Position numbers and translations under genes: made by a program. From IMG/VR virus record IMGVR_UViG_3300023184_005208, positions 2,675 through 66,674 of that record: DNA of 64,000 nucleotides. The stretch is one strand, 5' to 3'. Below, in pieces: positions 28,813 through 38,815 of the stretch. The notes under the pieces are model-generated. The model was not told the origin of the DNA and ran no database searches. It saw nothing but the letters and a program-made list of their open reading frames with translations. Numbering within the stretch: position 1 is the stretch's first letter; each line of letters opens with the position of its first letter. This stretch comes from a virus.

Positions 28813-30630
28813 TTATCTCAATTCTTTTAAGTCGAATGTTCTTACGCCATCAACTGTAATTCTACCGTAGAATCTGTTGTTCACCATCTTCTTAGCGTAT
28901 CTAGTCATGATACCTTTGATTGGTGTGAAGTTGAACGGATTGTACATTGTAGGTGTAAGTTGTAATGGAACGTATGGTGCGTAGATGTAACCTGTATCTA
29001 ACAAAGAAGTTCCTTTGTGTCCCATTAACACTTGGTTTGGTGGGAAGTAAGGGTCTCTGTAAACTTGGTATCTACCAGCTAATGTACCAACTCTTTCAAT
29101 ACCCATGTTGTATTGGTCTTGTTCAGGAGCTGCATTTGAAACGTGGAAATACTCCAAGTCATCAAAGATAGCACTGATTTCAGAAGAAACAACTATCCAG
29201 TTAGCACCACCTCTTAAAGTAGACTTATGGATTTGTGCAGAAATTTGGTTGATTGCTGTGATTAACGTTTGGTTCCAGTCTTTTTGTGTGTAAGGTTGTG
29301 CCGAACCACCAAGTCTCTTCCATCCGTTGTAATCCCAACGTAAGTTCCAAGCCGCGCCTTTTCTCAAATCTCTTAAGATTTCTCTATCGATTTCTGCAGC
29401 AACTTGCTCAGATAATAATGCTGTTAATTCAGCTTCAGCGTCGATGTTGTGGAATGCCGCAACGTCTTGAGCCATTTCAGGAGACCATTGTGCTCTTAAT
29501 TTTCTTTCAGTTACAGAAACTGTTACTGATAATAAGTCAAATGAAACCTCACCGATTCTATCTTCAAATTCTAAGTTCTTATAGATTCTATAAGTTGCAG
29601 AGAACGCGTTGTTAGACGCTGTAGAAGAAGAGAATGTAGAACCTGTGTAACCGTCCATAGAACCGCCACAAGTAATACATACTGGTACTTGTAAATCAAC
29701 TTCCAAATAGATGAATCCGTTTACATCACAAATGTCGTCATATTGACCACCGTCTGTTAATGAGTTAGGGAAAACTAAATTTTGGTTATTGTTACCGTAT
29801 TGAACGATACCTTTACCATATCTTTGAGTTACAACTCTGAATAAGTAAGGACCACCGCCCGCTGTTGTTGTGTTTGTAGAAACACCATTGATTGTTAAAT
29901 CAGCTAAGAAAGCTTCAGTATCCATTGGGTTACCATCTGGACCAACTAATTTACCTGCCGCGCTTGACGCAAAACCTGTCATGATAACTAATACTTTTCT
30001 GTAATCAGTTAAAGCATAAGCAGCTGGGTCTAAGTTTAACGTTGCACTATTCCATTGTGCCGTAACACAAGAAGTAACTGCAGATGTGATAGAACTAAAT
30101 TGTCCTTTAGAATAGTCATATAAACCTGGAGGGTCTAATGCTGGTTCATTACCTTCATAAAACTTGTCATAAAGGTCTCTACCGTCATTGTAGTTATAAC
30201 CACTGTTTGGAGTTTGGTCCGCAGCTGCGTTTGGTGCTCCGTAAGGTGCGTAGTGAATACCGGTGCTGCTATTTTCAAAACCACCTGTTTCATACTGTTG
30301 AATGTTAGGTACAAAGTAGAATAATTTACCAATTGGTAAGTTCATTGCTTGTACTGAAACGATATCGTTTGCTAATAATTTAGAGAATACTCTTCTAACG
30401 ATAGGGAAAACCACTGTTTCAAATGCACCTGTATCAGATGAAGTTGATGCTTCATTGATTAAAAATGATGCTTGGTTTTCGTAAAGTTGAGCTACGTTTT
30501 CTCTCATGTGACCTTTAAGACCTTCTAAAAAGCCCAATTTGTCCCATTTGTTGATTGTATCTTCTTTGATAACTTTAAGGTGCTTAAGACCGATGTTACC
30601 AACAAGACCTGATTCTAATAATGCTCCCAT
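28813..30630 (-). CDS. major capsid protein (T4 gp23-like)
   Basis: FPIVRRVF..LLANDIVSVQAM, RKLRAQWSPE.AQD....HNIDAEAEL, GYIYAPYVPL, GIMTRYA. Confidence 0.97.
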   Translation of the reverse strand: MGALLESGLVGNIGLKHLKVIKEDTINKWDKLGFLEGLKGHMRENVAQLYENQASFLINEASTSSDTGAFETVVFPIVRRVFSKLLANDIVSVQAMNLPIGKLFYFVPNIQQYETGGFENSSTGIHYAPYGAPNAAADQTPNSGYNYNDGRDLYDKFYEGNEPALDPPGLYDYSKGQFSSITSAVTSCVTAQWNSATLNLDPAAYALTDYRKVLVIMTGFASSAAGKLVGPDGNPMDTEAFLADLTINGVSTNTTTAGGGPYLFRVVTQRYGKGIVQYGNNNQNLVFPNSLTDGGQYDDICDVNGFIYLEVDLQVPVCITCGGSMDGYTGSTFSSSTASNNAFSATYRIYKNLEFEDRIGEVSFDLLSVTVSVTERKLRAQWSPEMAQDVAAFHNIDAEAELTALLSEQVAAEIDREILRDLRKGAAWNLRWDYNGWKRLGGSAQPYTQKDWNQTLITAINQISAQIHKSTLRGGANWIVVSSEISAIFDDLEYFHVSNAAPEQDQYNMGIERVGTLAGRYQVYRDPYFPPNQVLMGHKGTSLLDTGYIYAPYVPLQLTPTMYNPFNFTPIKGIMTRYAKKMVNNRFYGRITVDGVRTFDLKELR

Positions 30631-30669
30631 TTTAAAATATTTGTTTTTTTTATTTATTTTTTATTAATC

Positions 30670-32307
30670 TTATAACTTAGACATTAAATCTTTAATTCTT
30701 AAAAATTGTGGATTTTCATATGTCTTAGACTCAATTAGATTAACTGATGAACCTGTAGAAACTTGTTTGTTTAATTTTGTTTCAACTGATTCAGTAATTG
30801 ATTGTGTGTCACCTTTAGATAATTCGTCTTTAATTGATTTATAAAGATTTTTTGATTCTTTTAATGTCTCAACTCCGTCGAATCTTCTTAGGATGTTTAT
30901 TTTTTCTTTTTTAGTTGTTGAATGTTCTGTGAACAATCTTGTAGCGTAAGCTAAGTTCGAATTGAATATAGCAACTTCATTTAATTTTTCTCTGAAAATA
31001 TTTAATGCTTTTCTATACTCTTCGTTCTTTTCTCTCAACATACTAACTTCTGCTTCTGTAGATTCTACTTTAACACCATTTTTACCATAAACGTAATTTC
31101 TGTTGTTAGATATACCTTTTCTTAAACCTCTACCTTCTTTTGAACCATTACCATAAGTTCTTGCCGCTTCTTTAGTTTCTGTTTTTTCGTAGTCTTTAAA
31201 GTGACCATCTTTCGTGCCAGCTTTCTTTTCTACTCCATCAACTTTTGAACGTTTGAATTCATCTTTTTTTGAACCATAACTTTCTTTTGTTTCAGCTTTA
31301 ACAACTTTAGATTTTCCTTCCATGTTAGCACCTTTCTTATATTCGAATTTTGCTTTACCAGTACCTACTGATTTAGGACCTTCTTTTTTGTCCTCTTTAA
31401 ATCCACCTGCAGCTTTATTTTTGTAAGTGAATTTAGGTCCTGAGCCAATTCCAACACCTTTAGGTTTAACTGTTGATTTACCTTCTCTAACCGCTCTTTT
31501 GTGGTTATAAGATTCGTCAATAGATTCTTCGTCATCGTCATCATCAGATTCGTCTAACTCTTCGTCTTCATCATCTGATTCCATCATTTCGTCTTCATCA
31601 TCTGATTCCATCATTTCATCGTCATCCGATTCCATCATTTCATCTTCGTCTTCATCATCTAAATAAATTTCGTAAACAACTTCATCATCATCTGATTCCA
31701 TCATTTCGTCATCATCTGATTCAACATCGTCGATGTCTACCTCTGATGTATCTCCGTTTTTAGAGAAAATTGCGTCAATTACGTCTTGTACTGACTCGTC
31801 TGTTTCTGTTTGGTTCATAATTTCGTCTGTTTCATTCATGTTTATTTCATCTTCTTCAGACTCACCAAGCTTTACTAAGTATTCTGTATCAGCGTCGTTG
31901 TCTGTTAAGTGAATGTCTTCACCATCTTTTTTAACGATGATTCCGTCTTCTTCACCCATAGCCTTGAACACTTTAAGAATTTCTTCGTCAGATGCGTCAG
32001 TCAAATCTATAGGACTTTCGTCCTCAGAATCCATATCAATGTCTGTATCAACATCCATATCCATATCTTCTGTGTCGTTATCAACATCCATATCAACGTC
32101 CATATCCACATCATCTGTGTTTTCGTCGTCTTCTATGTCTGCATCTAAATCAACCTCGTCTTGTTCAGAAAGAGATTCTTTTACTAATTGATTGATTTCT
32201 TCTTTCATTGTAGAATGAAGTATTCCTTTTGCATTTTCGGCGATAGCTTCTTCAACATTTCTCATTTGAATAAGTGCCTCTTGTACTAATGATTTTTTTT
32301 CTTGCAT
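30670..32307 (-). CDS. prohead core/scaffold protein (gp22-like position)
   Basis: Highly acidic coiled coil directly upstream of the major capsid gene; LNEVAIFNSNLAYATRLF. Confidence 0.8.
   Translation of the reverse strand: MQEKKSLVQEALIQMRNVEEAIAENAKGILHSTMKEEINQLVKESLSEQDEVDLDADIEDDENTDDVDMDVDMDVDNDTEDMDMDVDTDIDMDSEDESPIDLTDASDEEILKVFKAMGEEDGIIVKKDGEDIHLTDNDADTEYLVKLGESEEDEINMNETDEIMNQTETDESVQDVIDAIFSKNGDTSEVDIDDVESDDDEMMESDDDEVVYEIYLDDEDEDEMMESDDDEMMESDDEDEMMESDDEDEELDESDDDDDEESIDESYNHKRAVREGKSTVKPKGVGIGSGPKFTYKNKAAGGFKEDKKEGPKSVGTGKAKFEYKKGANMEGKSKVVKAETKESYGSKKDEFKRSKVDGVEKKAGTKDGHFKDYEKTETKEAARTYGNGSKEGRGLRKGISNNRNYVYGKNGVKVESTEAEVSMLREKNEEYRKALNIFREKLNEVAIFNSNLAYATRLFTEHSTTKKEKINILRRFDGVETLKESKNLYKSIKDELSKGDTQSITESVETKLNKQVSTGSSVNLIESKTYENPQFLRIKDLMSKL
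31540..31722 (-). repeat. imperfect 21-24-nt tandem repeat encoding (D)EMMESDD(D/E)
   Basis: Four EMMESDD units (gattccatcatttc) visible in the scaffold gene. Confidence 0.85.
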
Positions 32308-32365
32308 TAAAAAATTATTTAATTTAACTAATAAATAGTGTCAAAACTAAAAAAAGTAGGTTTTA

Positions 32366-32695
32366 TTAAACTACCACGTAAGATTTTTCTTGTAAACTCA
32401 TTCCAACACAAGTTTTTCCTGTTTGAGAGTTAATCCAAGTTTGTAGTGTATTATAATTTGTATCAAATACATAATAAAATGAATTTGTATTTGTCGTATC
32501 TGATAAAAGAGTAACTGTATAACAATTATTTGTAGTATCATCATTAATAACAATTTCCCCTCTAAACACATTTATACCGATAAGTCCTAAACCAGTTCCT
32601 TCACAATAGGCTAAACAAGAAGACCATGAAGGTGCGTTTATTAATTTACTTACATTTACAGTAGGACTAGCTGAAAGTGAAACTTGAAAATTCAT
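32366..32695 (-). CDS. hypothetical protein
   Basis: 109-aa ORF preceded by TATTTAT. Confidence 0.6.
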   Translation of the reverse strand: MNFQVSLSASPTVNVSKLINAPSWSSCLAYCEGTGLGLIGINVFRGEIVINDDTTNNCYTVTLLSDTTNTNSFYYVFDTNYNTLQTWINSQTGKTCVGMSLQEKSYVVV

Positions 32696-32725
32696 AATAT
32701 TTTATTTCATAAATATCTACCAAAT

Positions 32726-32752
32726 AAAAAAAGTGGTCGATTGACCACTTTT
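32726..32752. terminator. intrinsic terminator
   Basis: AAAAAAAGTGGTC-GATT-GACCACTTTTT. Confidence 0.8.
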
Positions 32753-32758
32753 ATTTAA

Positions 32759-32971
32759 TTACTTTTCAATTACTTCATCGATTTTACTTTCAGATACCGA
32801 AGTTATTCTCCAATCGTGTGTGAATCCTTCGTACTTTGTTGTAACTTTCGCTTCAACATCTGTTACTGAAAAACCTTTAACAAGTTTTTCTTCTCTGATT
32901 TTTTTAATCTTGCCTGAATTCTCATCAGGTAAATCGTACTGAATTTTTGCTACAAAATACTTTTCGTCCAT
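32759..32971 (-). CDS. DUF4494-like protein (Bacteroidota family)
   Basis: YFVAKIQY...GKIKKIREEKLVKGFSVTDVEAKV...ESKIDEV. Confidence 0.7.
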   Translation of the reverse strand: MDEKYFVAKIQYDLPDENSGKIKKIREEKLVKGFSVTDVEAKVTTKYEGFTHDWRITSVSESKIDEVIEK

Positions 32972-32977
32972 GTTTAA

Positions 32978-33694
32978 TTATTTTCCTAAAAAATCGTTTA
33001 ATTTTTTCATTAAGTCAACTGATTTCTCAGCAAACTGATTTGTTTCTTTACGATTTCTTTCCTCATCTAAGTTTTCTTCATAATTGTTTCTATCTTCAGG
33101 ATTTGAAAATAGGTAAGCCCCCGGTGTTGATGGTGATGATACTAAGTCAAAACAAATTAATTCAAAATCATCTTGTACCTCATTTCTTTCTCCAACTTTT
33201 TTAAGAGAGCCAACACCTCTTGATGAAACTCCCATAGTAACACCCTGTCTCATTAAGTTTGCGGCAATATCCCCTTTTGTTGAGACGATTCCGCTTTCGT
33301 GAAATCCTGGTGATGTTAATAATTTAAGTTTTCCCATTAGGATATTTTTATCCCACCAAATATCTGTAATGATGTGAGATACTCTATCTAAGTCAATGAG
33401 TGATGATTCAGGGTGATTTAACTCTGAAGTTGATAGACCCTTTGCAATTGTTTTTTTATAATTTTCGGCTTCTCTTTGTAATATCCTTTTAGGATAAAAT
33501 CTACCGTTTCTATTTGGTGTGTCATATTTTTGTAGAACAGCATAAAATTCAAAAGGATTTTTCCAATCCATCTTTGCAGATTCTTGTAAAACATATGAGT
33601 TATGTATGTCTTTAGGAGAAACATATCCTGCATCCATTTCGACCAAGATACCATGTCCAAGCTCACTCGCTTCTAATATTCTAAGATTTTTCAT
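32978..33694 (-). CDS. prohead core protease (T4 gp21-like)
   Basis: NRNGRFYP, ELNHP (His), GVSSRGVGS (Ser), FDLVSSPSTPGA. Confidence 0.95.
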   Translation of the reverse strand: MKNLRILEASELGHGILVEMDAGYVSPKDIHNSYVLQESAKMDWKNPFEFYAVLQKYDTPNRNGRFYPKRILQREAENYKKTIAKGLSTSELNHPESSLIDLDRVSHIITDIWWDKNILMGKLKLLTSPGFHESGIVSTKGDIAANLMRQGVTMGVSSRGVGSLKKVGERNEVQDDFELICFDLVSSPSTPGAYLFSNPEDRNNYEENLDEERNRKETNQFAEKSVDLMKKLNDFLGK

Positions 33695-33733
33695 CAAGGT
33701 TTTTAAAATAAATATCTAATAATGGATAGTTTA

Positions 33734-34171
33734 TTAATTAGTTTCTTTTTTTGATGTTGAAAAATCAAAATATTTGTTTTCATTAATATTATTTTTAAAG
33801 ATGTTTTTTACAATTTTTTTAATAGATTCTTTAATTTCGTAAGATTTAAAATCTAATTCTATATTTGTGTAGAGATTAACTTCTAAGTTAAAGAATGATT
33901 TTTTTCCATGAGATATTCCACTTGTTCGTAAATCTAAATCTACAATACTTTTTTCTTGGAAAATTTCAGTCGTTATTGAATTATAAACGGAGTGCTTTAT
34001 TTCTCTACTTAAATTACAAACAACCCTGTTCCAATTGTCGTGTTCAAATTTAGGTGTTACCCATGATTGTATGTTTATGTAGATAGATTTTAAATTTTTA
34101 GAATCCACAGTCCCGTAGGTCGATTTGATAGGATTATAAAGATTCAACTTTACACTTTTTCCTTTTTTCAT
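33734..34171 (-). CDS. hypothetical phage protein
   Basis: 145-aa ORF in the head module. Confidence 0.7.
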   Translation of the reverse strand: MKKGKSVKLNLYNPIKSTYGTVDSKNLKSIYINIQSWVTPKFEHDNWNRVVCNLSREIKHSVYNSITTEIFQEKSIVDLDLRTSGISHGKKSFFNLEVNLYTNIELDFKSYEIKESIKKIVKNIFKNNINENKYFDFSTSKKETN

Positions 34172-34263
34172 TAATTTTCATATTATTCGGTTTATTTATT
34201 ATAAAAATAAGACATATAAATCCGATAGTCAAAATTTTTGAAAAAAAACAGATATTTTATAAT

Positions 34264-34449
34264 ATGTTAATAGTTGAAATTAAAAATGGAGAGAACATAG
34301 AAAAATCTCTAAAATCTCTAAAGTCCAAAGTCATCAAAACAAAACAAAATCAGATTTTGTTTGCGAGAAAGGAGTTCAAAAAAAAATCGGTCTTAAAAAG
34401 AACCGAAATTTTAAAAGCGAAATATATTCAAAGAAAAAAATTAAATTGA
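34264..34449 (+). CDS. rpsU: 30S ribosomal protein bS21 (Bacteroidota type)
   Basis: MLIVEIKNGENIEKSLK..K.K..KT......RKEF.K.SV..R....KA.Y54IQ. Confidence 0.9.
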   Translation: MLIVEIKNGENIEKSLKSLKSKVIKTKQNQILFARKEFKKKSVLKRTEILKAKYIQRKKLN

Positions 34450-35136
34450 GTTTTCTAAGTTCTTTAATTTTAAGAAATTAAGTTGGTCAAACTTTTCATT
34501 TTTAATTCTATCGATTGTTTCTGAAATTTTTGTTTTTACCTCAAACTCTTTTTCGTTTTCTAAGATAACATTTAATTTAATAATTGTACTCTCTCTAAGT
34601 GTCTCAAATTTTGTTTCTAAAGTTTTTGTATCTTCAGAAATAATTTGGAAAAATTCTTTTTTATCATTCTCACTTAAAGTTTCAATATAATTTCTTAGAG
34701 TTTGATTGGCAATATTAACCATAGACTTAATAGGAATATTAATAGATTCTTTTACGGTTTTCTTTTCGGAAGTTAAAATATTAATAATAGTTTTCTTGGC
34801 AGAAACTCTCTCAGATAAATTGATTTTATTTAAATAAACTAAAGTATCGATGTCTGAATATTCGTTTACCGACTCAGAAAGTGTTTTAGGTAATTTGATG
34901 CTTTCCAATAATTTTTGAATAAGATTTACTCCCTCTTCTAAATATTCTTTAGCATCTGACTCGGATAATCCTTGAGGTGTACTTAATTGGTCGTATAATG
35001 AGTAAATTTTTGACATAGATTTATTACTCAATACGTTATGTTTGAATTCTCTTAAAGATTTCTTGAATTCCCCCTCGTTCTTATAGGATTCAATTAAACT
35101 GTTTTCAATTATGGATTTTATTTGCCCGAAAGTCAT
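34441..35136 (-). CDS. hypothetical head-module protein
   Basis: 231-aa ORF downstream of portal. Confidence 0.7.
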   Translation of the reverse strand: MTFGQIKSIIENSLIESYKNEGEFKKSLREFKHNVLSNKSMSKIYSLYDQLSTPQGLSESDAKEYLEEGVNLIQKLLESIKLPKTLSESVNEYSDIDTLVYLNKINLSERVSAKKTIINILTSEKKTVKESINIPIKSMVNIANQTLRNYIETLSENDKKEFFQIISEDTKTLETKFETLRESTIIKLNVILENEKEFEVKTKISETIDRIKNEKFDQLNFLKLKNLENSI

Positions 35137-35159
35137 TTTTAATGGTTTTCATATAAATA

Positions 35160-37010
35160 TTATGAATCTAACAACTTATCAAGTTCTTTTGAAATTTCTC
35201 CCAAAGATTCTTGACCCTGACCTAAATCTAAAAACAATTTACCCTCAATTAAGTTGTTTTCAACTAAAATGTTAAGATTATCCATTCTAGATTCTGGTGT
35301 TACTTCCCCTCCTTCTGCCGGTGGTGGTACTGTTTCTTCTCCTGCCGGTGCCGGTGGTGGTTCTGTTCCTAAATCACCACCTCCCAAATCACCTCCACCT
35401 AAATCACCTCCTGGTGCTGGTGGTGGAGTTGCTGTTGATGCCGCAGGCGCTGTTCCACCCGAAGTAGAACCATATAACTTATCTATGTTGTCAAATATTC
35501 CTGTTTTTGTAATAACTGTTGGAGTTGCTTTAAGTTCTTCACCAACTGCTCTTTCAATTCTTTGTTGTTGTAAATCCAATCTAATTTCTTCATCAGACCA
35601 ACCAAAGATATGTTTCTTAGCCCAAGTAGATGAAGTCGCTTGAATACCGTTTCCTGGGTCTGCAACCAAATCTTTGTAAAGAAGAACTTTTTCTTTCCAA
35701 ACATCAATCTTTAACAAATCAGCTTGAGTAGATGGGTTTGTTAAACCTAATGTAAAGTTAGAAAGTTCATCTTCAAATCCCAATAAGAATAGATGCACAA
35801 TAGCAATCTTATTAAGTTCTTGAATCATGCTCTTTTGGATTCTATTAATCGTACGAGCAAATCTAATATCTTGTAACGATAAGTTTTTACCGTCACCAAC
35901 CACTTCTTCAAACCCTAAAAATGCTTTAGGTACACGAAGAGCTGTTAATAATTTCTTTTGAATATATTCAATATCCGCAATTTCAGATAAGTTAGTGGCA
36001 CCTGGTAAAGTTGTAATTGGGTCAGGAGCCGCTGGGTCTCTTACAGGAATGAAATAATCTTGGTCAACAGCCATTTGGTTGAATCTCATATCTACATTAC
36101 CTGTCTTACTATCAACAATTTGTTCTCTTTTGAATTTGTTTGCAACACGTTGTACATATGCTTCAACATCATCGTCATTCATATTTCCAACGAATACTTT
36201 GAACATTCTTCTCTCAGGAGCTCTTGATGTACGATAAATCAACATCGCATCTTCTGATAATAAAAGTTGTTTCCAAATTCTTCTTGCTTTTTCCAACATA
36301 GAAGTACCATAAGGAAGTTTTCTATCATCACCTAATAATCTAAAGTGAGCAATTTCCCATGACTGAAATGTCATGTTCTTATTCTTCCAAGTGAATTCTA
36401 ATGCTTTTGGCTTTTCGGGTTTTTCAACGTTAACTGTAATTTTAGCACTTGCACCCGCTTCGTGTCTTTCAATTTCAATTGTTGGTAATTGTTGGCATCC
36501 AACAATACCTTTTTCAGGGTCAAGTTTTAAGTAAACAAAGTTATCACCATACTTACAAGTGTTTCTTGTCCACATTGGTAAGTTGGTGTTAATATCTAAA
36601 GAATTGTTAAACAAATCCGCTAATACAGATTTAATACGTTTTGATTCCGAATAAATTTGTAAAATAAAACCATCTTCATTTGTTGTTGTTGATTCCTCAG
36701 AGTAAATGTCTAAAGCGGCTGAAATCTCAGGAGTATACTCCATTGATTCATAATCATACTGAGCTGAAAGTCTTGTAGGTTCATAGTACATTGCCTGAGA
36801 ATACATGTTATTCTCAACCTTTGCCCATTGACCTGATAAATAAAATGTTTGTTGTGCTTGTAACTTTTCTTTCTCGTATTCATCTCGACTTGTTGTACGT
36901 AACAACTCCTTCTTATCAAATTTGAAAGTAGGGTAATCTTGATTCAGTAAAGAATTTGGACCAAACGTTTTGGACAAACGTTGCCAAACGGTCAGATTTT
37001 GTTCGCTCAT
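35160..37010 (-). CDS. portal protein (T4 gp20-like)
   Basis: PEISAALDIY.EE, QLLLSEDAMLIYR.SRAPERR.F.V.VGN, ITTLPGA.NL, ALRVPK. Confidence 0.96.
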   Translation of the reverse strand: MSEQNLTVWQRLSKTFGPNSLLNQDYPTFKFDKKELLRTTSRDEYEKEKLQAQQTFYLSGQWAKVENNMYSQAMYYEPTRLSAQYDYESMEYTPEISAALDIYSEESTTTNEDGFILQIYSESKRIKSVLADLFNNSLDINTNLPMWTRNTCKYGDNFVYLKLDPEKGIVGCQQLPTIEIERHEAGASAKITVNVEKPEKPKALEFTWKNKNMTFQSWEIAHFRLLGDDRKLPYGTSMLEKARRIWKQLLLSEDAMLIYRTSRAPERRMFKVFVGNMNDDDVEAYVQRVANKFKREQIVDSKTGNVDMRFNQMAVDQDYFIPVRDPAAPDPITTLPGATNLSEIADIEYIQKKLLTALRVPKAFLGFEEVVGDGKNLSLQDIRFARTINRIQKSMIQELNKIAIVHLFLLGFEDELSNFTLGLTNPSTQADLLKIDVWKEKVLLYKDLVADPGNGIQATSSTWAKKHIFGWSDEEIRLDLQQQRIERAVGEELKATPTVITKTGIFDNIDKLYGSTSGGTAPAASTATPPPAPGGDLGGGDLGGGDLGTEPPPAPAGEETVPPPAEGGEVTPESRMDNLNILVENNLIEGKLFLDLGQGQESLGEISKELDKLLDS

Positions 37011-37048
37011 GGTATAATTTTAACTCGTTTCTTTAATAATATAAATAG

Positions 37049-38809
37049 TTATTTAGTCCCAAATAACCACCCATATTCTTGATAGTCCTTTTTAGACGGA
37101 CCAGAACTATATTGTCGACTATCCCTACCCATTTGAGGAACCATAGGATTAAAGAATTCAGAAGAATTTCTATTTTCTGTTACAGTTGTTGCCCACGAAT
37201 TTAACATTGCTTTAGTATGATTAACAACTTTAGTTAAAGATTGAAAAGATTTTTCCGCAACATAAATTGCCATTGAAATACCCATAATGCAGTCATCGTG
37301 ATGATTTTTTTGATGGTCGGGTCTACCATTAATGTAAATAAAAGTATTCATTTCATTATACAATCTATGAGAATAGATTTTAAAATCATGTCTTGCAGCC
37401 TCCTCTAACGAGGCAATAATTTGTACCCTTTTATTATTGAAATTAATACCGGGTATTTTTTCGTTCATCTTAGGGTCATACTTCCATTTATTACTTGTAT
37501 CAACATTATCAACATACATACCCCCCTGATAACCCATCTCTTGCATTTTTCTTGCTGTTGCAACACCCATACCACCTGTTAAATCCACAACGCAATATGC
37601 GTTATACATACTTCCCCACTTGTAGGCAATCTCTGCAGTAATGTCTGGTGGGACTTTTCCGACGTATTCAAGGACTTGTTCCCTTGTATCGAAGTCGATT
37701 ATTTGAATACAACTAAAGTCCTCAGAATCACCTCTAGATACGTCTACACCCATAACATACTTGTGACCGTTCTCAGGTTCTTTAAAAATCCACAAAGAAC
37801 CACCCATCATTTTGGCTAATGGTTCTCTTAATTGGTTTTTGGAGATGTTCTGCATTAATTCAGAATCAAATACGTTATCACCCGAACCCAAGAAGTTACA
37901 TTCCAACTCCTGAGCCACCTTTCTTCTATCAAACTTCAATTTTTTAACCATCCCCTCAAACCAAGCCGAACATGGTTTATATCCTTGGTCAATATATGAA
38001 GTTACTATTGAGTGGTCTCTTTCATATGGATTTTCAATTGATAAATCAACCACAATATCCTTTGGGTAATCTTCCCTATTCAATAAAAAGTGGACTAAAT
38101 CATTTGTTTTAACCATATACAAATCTCTTGTATATCTTGGGTCACGATGCCAATACATTTCAGAAATTTTAAAATCATTCATGTTTCTTAACGCTTGGTC
38201 ATAAATTTCATAATAAATCGCATCGTATCCGTTTGGTGTAGATACAACAATAACCTTACCACCCGTAGATAGTGAGGCCATACACGCTGACCAAAAATCT
38301 CCATCCGCCTCAATGAACGCCGCCTCATCAAAAATAAGGATAGTTGGAGTATAACCTCTCAAGGCATCCTTTGATGTTGCAACTGCTTTAACTTCACAGT
38401 CATTAGTAAGTTTGAAGTGTCTTTGTGCGTTTTTATCGGGTGAAAATCCAACACCAACCCAAGATGGCCATTGTTCTGTAAAACTTCTAATTTTGTTAGC
38501 CATCTCCACAGAGGTATCTAACTTGTTGGCAATAATTAGAATTTTTTCTGGCTTTTGTTTTTTAGCAAATACAAGTTTTTTTGATGCCCATGCGGCTGTA
38601 ACTGTTGATACACCCGCCTGACGATATTTTAATGCAATGTTTTCATTAAAATTATCGTAATCTTCAATAAGACTAACTTGGTCAGGGAATAAATCTAATG
38701 GGACGTATTTTGATACGGTATTATCGTATGTCTGTAAATAAGTACGAAGTGCATAAGGCGTGTTCCTCATACACTTCGTTACTTCTATAATTAATTGTTC
38801 TTTAGTCAC
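37049..38809 (-). CDS. terminase large subunit
   Basis: KYRQAGVST Walker A variant, LIFDEAAF Walker B, STPNG, QELEC.FLG, GVDVSRG, HDDCIM. Confidence 0.96.
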   Translation of the reverse strand: MTKEQLIIEVTKCMRNTPYALRTYLQTYDNTVSKYVPLDLFPDQVSLIEDYDNFNENIALKYRQAGVSTVTAAWASKKLVFAKKQKPEKILIIANKLDTSVEMANKIRSFTEQWPSWVGVGFSPDKNAQRHFKLTNDCEVKAVATSKDALRGYTPTILIFDEAAFIEADGDFWSACMASLSTGGKVIVVSTPNGYDAIYYEIYDQALRNMNDFKISEMYWHRDPRYTRDLYMVKTNDLVHFLLNREDYPKDIVVDLSIENPYERDHSIVTSYIDQGYKPCSAWFEGMVKKLKFDRRKVAQELECNFLGSGDNVFDSELMQNISKNQLREPLAKMMGGSLWIFKEPENGHKYVMGVDVSRGDSEDFSCIQIIDFDTREQVLEYVGKVPPDITAEIAYKWGSMYNAYCVVDLTGGMGVATARKMQEMGYQGGMYVDNVDTSNKWKYDPKMNEKIPGINFNNKRVQIIASLEEAARHDFKIYSHRLYNEMNTFIYINGRPDHQKNHHDDCIMGISMAIYVAEKSFQSLTKVVNHTKAMLNSWATTVTENRNSSEFFNPMVPQMGRDSRQYSSGPSKKDYQEYGWLFGTK

Positions 38810-38815
38810 AAATCG

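Noticed and set aside
38610-38640. Terminase Walker A lacking Lys (RQAGVST) as a sign of inactivation
   Set aside because: RQxG(I/V)ST variants are common in T4-like large terminases and all other motifs are intact
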